DNA from: Planctomycetota bacterium
GTDB lineage: Bacteria > Planctomycetota > UBA1135 > UBA2386
Direction of reading: 5' to 3'
DNA length: 38,015 nucleotides
Assembly: GCA_049889335.1 (NCBI GenBank)
Contig: JBMHDP010000237.1
Coordinates: forward strand, 1-38,015
Shown: positions 8,636-18,913 of the stretch, one piece after another
Numbering within the stretch: the first letter of the stretch is position 1
Layout of the letters: each line of letters starts with the position of its first letter
Notes under the pieces: model-generated
What the model saw: only the letters and a program-made list of their open reading frames with translations
Database searches by the model: none
Told to the model about the DNA's origin: nothing
Position numbers and translations under genes: made by a program

Positions 8636-10195
8636 ATGGTGGCCCACCAGCCCAGCACGGACACCCCCAACGATCACGGCCTGCAGCCAGCAGCCGCCGA
8701 CAGCCCGAACTCCTCCGAGACGCTGAAGAAGATCCTCTCTCACCTCGCCACCAGCGTTCGCCGCGAACAGCTGGAGACGTGGTTCCGCTCGCTCGTCGTC
8801 CTCCGCGACGAGCCGGACGAAGTCGAGCTCTCGGTGACCAGCCAGTTCGTGCGTGACTGGCTGGCCAAGAACTACCTCGCGGAGCTGCAGGCGGCCGTCA
8901 ACCGCGCTGCCGAAGAGGCGACCGGTTCGAAGCGCAGCACAGCTCCTCGGCTCGTGCTGTCATTCCGCGCCGAGGACGGGCAGGACAGCCTCCGCCTCGT
9001 CCAGGCCAACCCCCTCGAAGAGGTGGCACGGCTCGCCGGCCGCGACGCGATCGACGGCGTGCCCACGCCGCCGCAGACCCGGACGTCTGCGGTCAGCGCT
9101 GCGGCGACGCCTGCCCAGCCTGCGGCCCCGGCGCAGCCCGCCACCAGGGCGCAGGGCCGACTCGGCAACCCCCTCAACCCGAACTACACGTTCGACAAGT
9201 TCGTGGTCGGCCCGTGCAACCGCCTGGCGCACGCCTCGGCGCTGGCCATCGGCGAGAACCCTGGCCACGCCTACAACCCGCTGTTCGTCCACGGCAACGT
9301 CGGGCTCGGCAAGACGCACCTGCTGCAGGCGATCTGCCACACGGTCCTGCGCCGCGATCCGAACGCCCGCGTGCTCTACATGAGCTGCGAGGACTTCACC
9401 AACAGCTACATCCAAGCGATCCAGGCCCACGACATCGACACGTTCCGCGACTTCCACCGCGGCGCCGACGTGCTGGTGATCGACGACATCCAGTTCCTGG
9501 CCAACAAAGAGAAGACCCAGGCGGAGTTCTTCCACACGTTCAACGCGCTGTTCGACGGTCAGCGCCAGATCGTGCTGTCGTCCGACCGGCCCCCGGTGGA
9601 GATCCCGACGATCGAGGAACGGCTGATCAGCCGCTTCAAGTGGGGTCTGGTGGCCGAGGTAGAGACGCCGTGCGTCGAGACCCGCAAGGCCATCGTGAGC
9701 CACAAGGCCGCGGGCCGAGGCGTCGAGCTGCCCGAAGACGTCGCCCAGTTCCTCGCGGAGCGCGTCACGTCGAACATCCGCGAGCTGGAGGGTGCGGTGA
9801 TCAAGGTCGTGGGCTTCGCCGCGATCACCGACCAGCCGATCACGCTCGCGCTCGCCGAGAGCTGCCTGCGGGGCATGCCGATGCGGCGGACCCAGGTCAC
9901 GGCCGAGGAGATCATGAGCCTGATCACGGCCGACTTCGCCATCACGGCCCGGGAGTTGATCGGCAAGAGCAGGACGCAGTCCGTGAGCCTGCCCCGTCAG
10001 ATCGCGATGTTCCTGCTTCGCGAGCACACGGAGAACTCCCTCGAGGACATCGGCAAGATCTTCGGCAACCGCGACCACACGACGGTCATCTACGCGGTCA
10101 ACAAGATCCGTCAGCGCTCGCAGAAGGACCGCATGTTCAAGGAGACGCTCGACAACCTGAGCAGTCGCCTCGTGACGCGGTCGTTCCGCTCGTAG
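8636..10195 (+). CDS. dnaA: chromosomal replication initiator DnaA
   Basis: It has domain I (LETWFRSLVV..ELSVTSQFVRDWL), AAA+ motifs (NPLFVHGNVGLGKTHLL, VLVIDDIQFL, IVLSSDRPP, SNIRELEGA) and domain IV (RQIAMFLLRE..IGKIFGNRDHTTVIYA). The start is taken at ATG 8636. The extra 95 codons from ATG 8351 are Pro/Arg-rich and look non-coding, so the exact start is uncertain. Confidence 0.9.
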   Translation: MVAHQPSTDTPNDHGLQPAAADSPNSSETLKKILSHLATSVRREQLETWFRSLVVLRDEPDEVELSVTSQFVRDWLAKNYLAELQAAVNRAAEEATGSKRSTAPRLVLSFRAEDGQDSLRLVQANPLEEVARLAGRDAIDGVPTPPQTRTSAVSAAATPAQPAAPAQPATRAQGRLGNPLNPNYTFDKFVVGPCNRLAHASALAIGENPGHAYNPLFVHGNVGLGKTHLLQAICHTVLRRDPNARVLYMSCEDFTNSYIQAIQAHDIDTFRDFHRGADVLVIDDIQFLANKEKTQAEFFHTFNALFDGQRQIVLSSDRPPVEIPTIEERLISRFKWGLVAEVETPCVETRKAIVSHKAAGRGVELPEDVAQFLAERVTSNIRELEGAVIKVVGFAAITDQPITLALAESCLRGMPMRRTQVTAEEIMSLITADFAITARELIGKSRTQSVSLPRQIAMFLLREHTENSLEDIGKIFGNRDHTTVIYAVNKIRQRSQKDRMFKETLDNLSSRLVTRSFRS

Positions 10196-10610
10196 CGCTG
10201 CCGACTTCGCTGTCGACTTCGTCGCCTGACTCGCCGCCTCGTGCGGGGGCGCCAGCGCACGCACGCCGCCGCTGGCGGCCCTGCCGTCCGACGACAGACT
10301 CGTCCAGGAGAGCACGAGTCCCGGCGCTCCCTCGCCCGGCGGAGCCACGGCGCCTCGTGCCCTCGCCTGAGCACCTCGCTTCGCCGATTGCGCCCCCAGG
10401 GACCGTCCAGTTTCTTGACACATTGCGCACTTCGGCCCACCCCCGCCGAACCAGGAGCCCGCCGCCGGTCACGAAACCACTGAGTCGTCTCCGGACATCG
10501 TTGGGAGCCGCTTCGGACAACCCTGAAAGCCGTCCGGAGAGACCGCCGCAGCGAGCTCGTTGTTCCCCCGAGAGCCTCGCCGATCGAACTTCCTTCCAAG
10601 CCGTTTCCAT

Positions 10611-10633
10611 CGTTTCTCAACGAACGAGAAACG
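10611..10633. repeat. perfect 8-bp-stem inverted repeat with 7-nt spacer (CGTTTCTC aacgaac GAGAAACG)
   Basis: Read directly from the sequence. It is flanked by further CCGTTTC (10601..10607) and CGAAAC (10637..10642) copies. Confidence 0.8.
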
Positions 10634-10720
10634 GCACGAAACAGTCCTTTCGAGTCGATCCTCGGGGGTTTGGGCGCTACCCTCTCCACACTTGTGACGG
10701 CACGGACGAGTGAGGAATAG

Positions 10721-10732
10721 AGAGAATTCTCT
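10721..10732. repeat. perfect 12-bp palindrome AGAGAATTCTCT inside the only AT-rich patch of the dnaA-dnaN gap
   Basis: Read directly from the sequence. It is a possible unwinding-element or protein-binding site. Confidence 0.7.
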
Positions 10733-10896
10733 ACCTAAGAAACCTCACCCCGTTTCGGGCGCAATCGACCAGACCCCAGCTGCCCATCTGAGCAGCGACA
10801 GCCACCAGATCACGCCCTAGGATGCTCCGTTCCGGAGCCTCCCGTCAGGACCGCGACAGCGTCCCCAAAGCAACCGTGCCACTTGCCCCAACAACG

Positions 10897-12000
10897 ATGA
10901 AAATCCTCTGTGATCGAACCGCGCTGCTCGAGGCCTTCAGCGTGGTCTCGTCCGTGGTCCCTTCCAAAACCACGAAGCCGATCCTTCACAACGTGCTGCT
11001 GCGCGCGGACAGCGACGGGATCTCGCTGTTCGCGACGGACCTCGAGATGGCTGCGAAGGTGCGCCTCGAGTCGGTCAAGGTCGACTCCGAAGGTGTCGTG
11101 CTCCTTCCCGGCAAGGAGACCGCGGCGCTGCTTCGCGAGCTGACGGATCCGACGGTGACCTTCGAGAGTTCGGAGCTGCGCTGTCGCATCGAGAGCGGCG
11201 GCGGGTCCTTCGTGCTGCTCGGAGAGGACCCGGAGCAGTTCCCGGCGGAGGTCTCGGTGCAGTCGGGCAAGCGGCTGGACATCCCTTCGGGGGTGATGGC
11301 GCGGATGATCCAGGAGACCGTGTTCGCCGCGGCTCGGGAGGAGACCCGCTACGCGATCAACGGCGTGCTCGTGGACGTAGGTGGCGGCAGCGTGCGCCTG
11401 GTGGCGACCGACGGCCGACGCCTCGCCATCAGCTACCAGAACGACGTTCAGATGGACGAGGACGCCTCCTTCAAGGTGGTCGTGCCGCTGCGCGCCCTGC
11501 AGACCCTGGCCCGCGCGCTGAGCGACGAGAGCAAGGACAACCTGAGCGTCGAGGTCGGGGACAAGCAGATCGTCTTCACGACCGGTCAGATGCAGCTGGT
11601 GAGCCAGCTGTTGGACACGCGCTTCCCCGACTACGAGGGCGTCATGCCGAAGGCCGCCGACACGACGGTCGAGGTCCAGAAGGCGGTGCTCGAGGGAGCG
11701 CTGCGGCGGGCGGCGATCCTCTGCTCGGCCGACATGAGGATGGTCCGGTTCGACGTCGGCGACCAGCAGATGAGGATGACGGCCGAGAGCACGGCCCGCG
11801 GCCGCGCGGACGTTGCCATCGACGCCGACGTCAAGGGCGCTGGCGGCAACATCAACTTCAACCCGGACTACATCCTGGAGGCGCTCCGACAGAGCGACAT
11901 GGAGCAGATCCGCCTCGACATGTCCGACGACTCGATGCCGGCCAAGTTCACGCTCGGCGAGGCCTTCACCTACGTCGTCATGCCCATCAGCGGGGCATAG
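10897..12000 (+). CDS. dnaN: DNA polymerase III beta sliding clamp
   Basis: MKILCDRTALLEAFSVVSSVVPSKTTKPILHNVLL..ISLFATDLEMA..RYAINGVL..LVATDGRRLA..LLDTRFPDYEGVMP..NINFNPDYILEAL..VVMPI is the canonical DnaN pattern. The start is taken at ATG 10897 rather than track start 10822, whose extra 25 aa have no clamp homology. Confidence 0.9.
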   Translation: MKILCDRTALLEAFSVVSSVVPSKTTKPILHNVLLRADSDGISLFATDLEMAAKVRLESVKVDSEGVVLLPGKETAALLRELTDPTVTFESSELRCRIESGGGSFVLLGEDPEQFPAEVSVQSGKRLDIPSGVMARMIQETVFAAAREETRYAINGVLVDVGGGSVRLVATDGRRLAISYQNDVQMDEDASFKVVVPLRALQTLARALSDESKDNLSVEVGDKQIVFTTGQMQLVSQLLDTRFPDYEGVMPKAADTTVEVQKAVLEGALRRAAILCSADMRMVRFDVGDQQMRMTAESTARGRADVAIDADVKGAGGNINFNPDYILEALRQSDMEQIRLDMSDDSMPAKFTLGEAFTYVVMPISGA

Positions 12001-12003
12001 CGC

Positions 12004-12321
12004 GTGACGCAGCGAAGAGGATCCGATCCGCTCGCGATCGGAGACCTGCTCAAGGACATCGTCAAGCAAGCAGGCTCCGGCAAGTCGAGGCGCGTCTTCC
12101 TCGACGCGCTCGAGCAGGCCTTGGGACCTGAGCTCGCTGCACACTGCCAGGTGCTCAGCAGCCGAAAGGGCAAGCTCGTCATCGAGCTCGACTCGGCGCC
12201 CCTCTACGCAGAGCTCAGCGGCTTCCGTCGTGAAGAGCTCCGAACCCGCATCAACCAACTCGTCCCCGACCAGCCGATCGCAGAGCTCGCGTTCCGGCTA
12301 GGTGGCACGGGACACGCCTGA
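12004..12321 (+). CDS. DUF721 (DciA-type) protein
   Basis: 105 aa with a GTG start 3 nt after the dnaN stop. LEQALGPELAAHCQVLSSRKGKLVIELDSAPLYAELSGFRREELRTRIN..IAELAFRLG fits the DUF721 layout. It sits in the typical dnaN/recF-gyrB position. Confidence 0.7.
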   Translation: MTQRRGSDPLAIGDLLKDIVKQAGSGKSRRVFLDALEQALGPELAAHCQVLSSRKGKLVIELDSAPLYAELSGFRREELRTRINQLVPDQPIAELAFRLGGTGHA

Positions 12322-12331
12322 ACCGACCCAA

Positions 12332-14791
<2,460 letters not shown>

Positions 14792-14805
14792 CCCGGGGTC
14801 CCGCG

Positions 14806-15237
14806 ATGACCGACGCGCTGCGCCCGTTCCACCTCGCGTTCCCCGTCGACGACCTCGACGCGGCGCGTTCGTTCTACGTCGACGTGCTCGGCTGCGGAGT
14901 AGGCCGCGCGAGCGACCGCTGGGTCGACTTCGACCTCTTCGGTCACCAGGCCGTCGCCCACCTGGTCGATCGGGCCGACCTGCCCGCCGGAAACGCCAAC
15001 CCCGTCGACGGCGACCACGTCCCGGTGCCGCACTTCGGCGTGGTGCTGCCGTGGGACGAGTGGCACGCGCTGGCCGACCGGCTGCGCGCTCTCGACCTGA
15101 CGTTCGTGATCTCGCCGAAGGTGCGCTTCGTCGGCCTGCCGGGCGAGCAGGCGACCATGTTCTTCCGCGACCCGGCCGGCAACACGCTCGAGTTCAAGTC
15201 CTTCAAGGACCCCAGCCGGCTGTTCGCGACCGACTGA
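14806..15237 (+). CDS. VOC (glyoxalase/bleomycin-resistance/dioxygenase) family protein
   Basis: ATG 14806 lies in frame within track ORF 14563..15237. [55 protein letters not shown] is typical of the VOC fold. Confidence 0.8.
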   Translation: MTDALRPFHLAFPVDDLDAARSFYVDVLGCGVGRASDRWVDFDLFGHQAVAHLVDRADLPAGNANPVDGDHVPVPHFGVVLPWDEWHALADRLRALDLTFVISPKVRFVGLPGEQATMFFRDPAGNTLEFKSFKDPSRLFATD

Positions 15238-15291
15238 CGTCTCCCGAACCTGCGACGGATCGCCCGAGCGGTCGGCCACATCTCCCCAACG

Positions 15292-16767
15292 ATGCACCGT
15301 CTCCGCTACCTCGTCGGCCTCTGCACGCTGATCGCTGCGGCGCTCGGAGCGCTCTGGATCGTGCGGCTGCTGCAGAGCGCGGACGAGCGCCCCGGGCTGC
15401 CGCTGACACTCGAATGGAAGAACGCGCAGGGGCTGCGCGCCGGCACCGACGTCCGCTACCGGGGAGTCACGGTCGGGACCGTGCGATCGGTCGCGATCTC
15501 CGGGGACGGCAGCAAGGCGGTGGCCCAGCTGCTCCTCGACCCTTCCGGCGCCTCGCACGCGCGCGTCAACAGCAGCTTCTGGATCGTGCGGCCGCGTTTC
15601 CAGGGGCTGACCGCCGGCGCGACCGGCTTGGACACCCTGGTGCGCGACTCCTACGTGGCCTTCCACACGCCCGCGCCGTTCGGCTCGGCGTTGGCGCCCG
15701 GCAGCCTGCTCGCGGGCAGCGAGCGGCCTCCTGCCGGCGCAGACCCGGAGGTGCTCGAAGACTTGCAGCACGGCGACCTGCTGATGACGCTGCTCGTGCC
15801 CGAGAACCACGGTCTCCGGCCTGGCAGCGCCGTGATCTTCCGCGGCATGCAGACCGGGGAGGTGCGGAGCGTGGCGCTGGCGCCGTCGGGCGCGCACGTC
15901 GAGGTGTCGCTGCGGATCGAGCGGCGGCACCGCCAGACGGTCACGGACCGGAGTCGCTTCTGGGTCGCGCGGCCTCACGTCAGCGGCGCGCTGCTCAGCG
16001 GCTTCACGGTCTCCGACGTCAGCGCGCTCTTGTCTCCCTACGTCAGCTACTTCGGTGAGCCGGGGGCAGGCGTGCTGGTGCAGGACGGCCACCGCGCGGC
16101 GGCCGAAGCTGACCGCCCGGAGCTCGACATCGGCGCGGTGGACGTGAAGGTCGTCGCGCAGGACCCGGAACCACCGCCGCCGCGCGACGGCGACGGCGTC
16201 GTGCTGGTTCGCATCACCTACGCGGCGATCGAACGTGACACCTTCAGCGCGGACGACGAGCTGCTCCGGCACGGGACGGGCGTGCTGTTCGTGGATCGCT
16301 CGGGGCGGCCGGTCGTGGCCACGCCGCGGTCGCTGGTCGACGGAGCCTTCACCGAGCGCGACTTCTGGGGAGACCCCGAGATCGACGACGAGCGGATCAC
16401 GGTGCTCCTGCCGGACGGGACCGTGCTGCGAGCCGGCCGGATATGGGTCGACCCCGACGGCGCCGACCTCGCTGCGCTGGTGCTCGAAGACGCGCGCCCG
16501 GACCTCACCGGGACGCCCGGGCACCGCTTCGGTGACCTCGACGACCTCCCGGAGGAGGCGCCCCGTCGGCTGCGAGCGGCCGGCCCGGACGGCGCGCCGC
16601 TGCCTGAGTTCGAGCTGCGCGCCGACGCCGGGGCGAGCCAGCGTCCGCTCGGCGCGGCCGTCGTCGCGGACGGCCGGCTGCTGGGCCTGCTGACGACGCT
16701 GGCGAGCGACGGCTCTCCCCTGGTGGTCTCGCTCGATCTGCTCCCCGCAGACCTGCGGCCGCGCTGA
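15292..16767 (+). CDS. PqiB-like protein: N-terminal TM helix, two MCE/MlaD domains, C-terminal trypsin-like (probably inactive) domain
   Basis: It starts with a TM helix (YLVGLCTLIAAALGALWIV). MCE repeat 1 is LTLEWKNAQGLRAGTDVRYRGVTVGTVRSVAIS..SSFWIVRPRF..GATGLDTLVRDSYV. MCE repeat 2 is LLVPENHGLRPGSAVIFRGMQTGEVRSVAL..SRFWVARPHVS. The C-terminal GTGVLFVDRSGRPVVATPRSLV..ITVLLPDGTVLRAGRIWVDPDGADLAALVLED..GAAVVADGRLLGLLT resembles HtrA-type S1 proteases. Confidence 0.8.
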   Translation: MHRLRYLVGLCTLIAAALGALWIVRLLQSADERPGLPLTLEWKNAQGLRAGTDVRYRGVTVGTVRSVAISGDGSKAVAQLLLDPSGASHARVNSSFWIVRPRFQGLTAGATGLDTLVRDSYVAFHTPAPFGSALAPGSLLAGSERPPAGADPEVLEDLQHGDLLMTLLVPENHGLRPGSAVIFRGMQTGEVRSVALAPSGAHVEVSLRIERRHRQTVTDRSRFWVARPHVSGALLSGFTVSDVSALLSPYVSYFGEPGAGVLVQDGHRAAAEADRPELDIGAVDVKVVAQDPEPPPPRDGDGVVLVRITYAAIERDTFSADDELLRHGTGVLFVDRSGRPVVATPRSLVDGAFTERDFWGDPEIDDERITVLLPDGTVLRAGRIWVDPDGADLAALVLEDARPDLTGTPGHRFGDLDDLPEEAPRRLRAAGPDGAPLPEFELRADAGASQRPLGAAVVADGRLLGLLTTLASDGSPLVVSLDLLPADLRPR

Positions 16768-16774
16768 GCCGCCC

Positions 16775-18274
16775 ATGGACCACGCGCTTCAGCTCCGCGA
16801 CTTCGGCCTCGCGCACCGTAGGCCAGGCGGAGAAGACGTGCTGCTCGAGCACGTCGACCTCGCGCTCGCGAGCGGCGGCTTCTACGTCTTCGTCGGCACC
16901 AGCGGCGGCGGTAAGTCCTCGCTGCTGCGGGTGCTGGCCGGACTGGTCGAGTCGAGGGAGCCGGCGCCGCGCCTCAGCGGCGCGCTCGTCGTCTTCGGGG
17001 ACGACCTCGCGACGCGCGGCGTCGAGCTCCCGCCCGGCACGATCACGGCCGTGCTCCAGGACGAAGGTCTGCTCGACGAGCTCAGCCCGCGCCAGAACGT
17101 CGAGCTGGCCCTGGTGGCTGCCGGGCGGTCCCGCAGGCTGGCGCCCGCGATGCTGGCACAAGCCGGGCTACCAGCGCCGCCGGAGCGGGTCGCGCAGCTC
17201 TCGGGCGGCATGCGCAAGCGCGTCGCCGTCGCGCGCGCGTTGGCGTCCTCTCCGCGGCTGCTGCTCTGTGACGAGCCGACCGTCGGGCTGGACCCCGCCG
17301 CTGCACGCCAGATCGCGGAGCTGCTCCGCGCCACGCACGACCAGGACCCCGCGCGCACGACGCTCGTCATCACCCACGACCTCGACGCCTTCGACGGCCT
17401 GACCGACGGCGTGCTCGTGCTGGACCGTCCTTCGCGCTCTCTCCGCATGGAGCCGTCTGGGTGGCGCGCGCCCGCCCCGGTGGAGCACGCAGCGCGCGCC
17501 GCGGAGGTCGGCGCCGAGCTGGCTGCGATGCACGTCCTGAGGCGCGCGCTGCTGCAGCTGGCGGCGATCAGCGAGACCGTCGGCGACTCGCTCCGACGAC
17601 TCCCGCCGGTCGAGCTGGGGCTCGTGGTCCGCACGATCGGACGCTTCGTCCTCGAACCGGCCCTGTTCGTCGCCGCGGCCGGCGCCGTGATCGGCGGCCT
17701 CGCGACCTTCTTCGCCCTCCGGAACAACCCGATCGACGGCGGCTTCGAGACCGCGCTGTTGACCGGCACGGGCAAGGTGACGACCGCGGTGCTCGTGCCG
17801 ATGCTGAGCGGCTTCTTCTTCACCGCCCGCACGGCCGCGGGGGCGGCGGCGCGCATCGGCACGATGAAGCGAACCAACCAGATCGCCGCGCTGCGGATGA
17901 TGGGCGTGCGGCCCGCGGACTACCTGCTGACCCCGCTGGTGTGGGGGATGGTCCTGGCGATGCCGATCGTGACGGCCTGCGGGGTCGTGGCGTCAGGCCT
18001 GGCGGCGGCGCTCGCGGCGCAGCTCGCCGCGTCGACCACGGCCGCGAGCTGGGCGACAGCCTACTTCGCGGCGGTGGAGCCGGGCGACGCGTTGGCGGTG
18101 CTGTCCAAGTCGACGATCTCGGGCTACCTCATCGCCCTCGCCTGCTACCACCTCGGCGCCGGCCCCAAGCGCTCGGGCGCAGACGTCGGCGTCGCCGTCG
18201 ACGCGGCAATCGTCGTTGGCATGGCGCTCGTGCTCGCCGTGCACGCGGCGGTGACGATCGCGGTCTACGCTTGA
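16775..18274 (+). CDS. fused ABC transporter: MlaF-like ATPase (N) plus MlaE-like permease (C)
   Basis: ATPase motifs are Walker A GTSGGGKSSL, signature LSGGMRKRVAVARAL, Walker B LLLCDEPTVGLD and H-loop ITHDL. These are followed by a multi-TM region with the MlaE-type ARIGTMKRTNQIAALRMMGVRPADYLLTPLVWGM motif. Confidence 0.85.
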   Translation: MDHALQLRDFGLAHRRPGGEDVLLEHVDLALASGGFYVFVGTSGGGKSSLLRVLAGLVESREPAPRLSGALVVFGDDLATRGVELPPGTITAVLQDEGLLDELSPRQNVELALVAAGRSRRLAPAMLAQAGLPAPPERVAQLSGGMRKRVAVARALASSPRLLLCDEPTVGLDPAAARQIAELLRATHDQDPARTTLVITHDLDAFDGLTDGVLVLDRPSRSLRMEPSGWRAPAPVEHAARAAEVGAELAAMHVLRRALLQLAAISETVGDSLRRLPPVELGLVVRTIGRFVLEPALFVAAAGAVIGGLATFFALRNNPIDGGFETALLTGTGKVTTAVLVPMLSGFFFTARTAAGAAARIGTMKRTNQIAALRMMGVRPADYLLTPLVWGMVLAMPIVTACGVVASGLAAALAAQLAASTTAASWATAYFAAVEPGDALAVLSKSTISGYLIALACYHLGAGPKRSGADVGVAVDAAIVVGMALVLAVHAAVTIAVYA

Positions 18275-18319
18275 GCCGAGCCCTCAAGACGCCGCCGTCG
18301 TCCGGCCGATGAGACCGAC

Positions 18320-18910
18320 GTGAAGGGCATCGAGAAGATCACCTCGGTCCGCCTCGCCGAGGTGCTGACCGAGCGGGACATCGTCTCCTCGGAGGTGATC
18401 ACGGACGCGCTCTACTCCCAGGACAAGGACGGCCAGCCGTTCGTCCAGATCCTCGTCGACGGCGGCCACATCACCGAGTGGGACCTCGCGAAGCTGGTCA
18501 CCGAGAACTTCAACCTGCCGTTCTTGATGGCGGGCAACTACCAGATCAGCGAGGAGGCGCGCGATCGGCTGCCGAAGCAGACGCTGTTCGAGCACACGAT
18601 CGTGCCGCTCGACGCCTTCGGGGACATCGTGACCGTCGCGATGCCGGTCATGCTCTCCTTCGAGGCGATCGCGAAGATCCAGAAGGAGAGCGACTGCGAC
18701 CTGTTCCCCTACGTCGGTCTGATCACCGAGAACAAGAAGGTGCTCAGCGACATGTACAAGGACTACCCGCAGTGGCTGGAGCAGCAGACCCGGCAGCGAG
18801 CCGAGGCGCAGAGCGCCCGCGAGGCGGCGCCGGCGGCAGGCGGCGACAGCGACTGGATGAGCATCTTCGACGCGGGCGACGAGGCCATCCAGCAGTCCAA
18901 GAAGCGCTGA
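18320..18910 (+). CDS. standalone T2SSE_N / MshEN-domain protein (GspE/PilB N-terminal domain only, no ATPase)
   Basis: 196 aa with a GTG start. RLAEVLTERDIVSSEVITDALYSQDKDGQPFVQILVDGGHITEWDLAKLVTENFNLPFL..LPKQTLFEHTIVPLDAFGDIVTVAMP is colinear with the GspE/PilB N-terminal domain. Confidence 0.8.
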   Translation: MKGIEKITSVRLAEVLTERDIVSSEVITDALYSQDKDGQPFVQILVDGGHITEWDLAKLVTENFNLPFLMAGNYQISEEARDRLPKQTLFEHTIVPLDAFGDIVTVAMPVMLSFEAIAKIQKESDCDLFPYVGLITENKKVLSDMYKDYPQWLEQQTRQRAEAQSAREAAPAAGGDSDWMSIFDAGDEAIQQSKKR

Positions 18911-18913
18911 CGC

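Larger units (their letters stand above)
10400..10800. promoter_or_regulatory. candidate oriC core within the ~700-bp dnaA-dnaN intergenic gap (10196..10896)
   Basis: This is the largest non-coding gap in the window and sits in the classical dnaA-dnaN position. It holds eight GTTTC/GAAAC pentamers (10410, 10473, 10603, 10612, 10628, 10638, 10739, 10752) and the hairpin CGTTTCTC-aacgaac-GAGAAACG (10611..10633). It also has the locally AT-rich patch tgaggaatagagagaattctctacctaagaaacc (about 10711..10744) and one DnaA-box-like CTCTCCACA (10682..10690, 7/9 to TTATCCACA). The function is inferred from position only. Confidence 0.4.

Noticed and set aside
10601-10642. Possible parS site. The GTTTC...GAAAC palindromic arms resemble the parS consensus TGTTNCACGTGAAACA.
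   Set aside because: The arms are separated by 7 nt (CGTTTCTC aacgaac GAGAAACG) instead of abutting, and the CACGTG core is absent. No 16-mer close to parS was seen anywhere in the window. It is reported only as part of the motif cluster.
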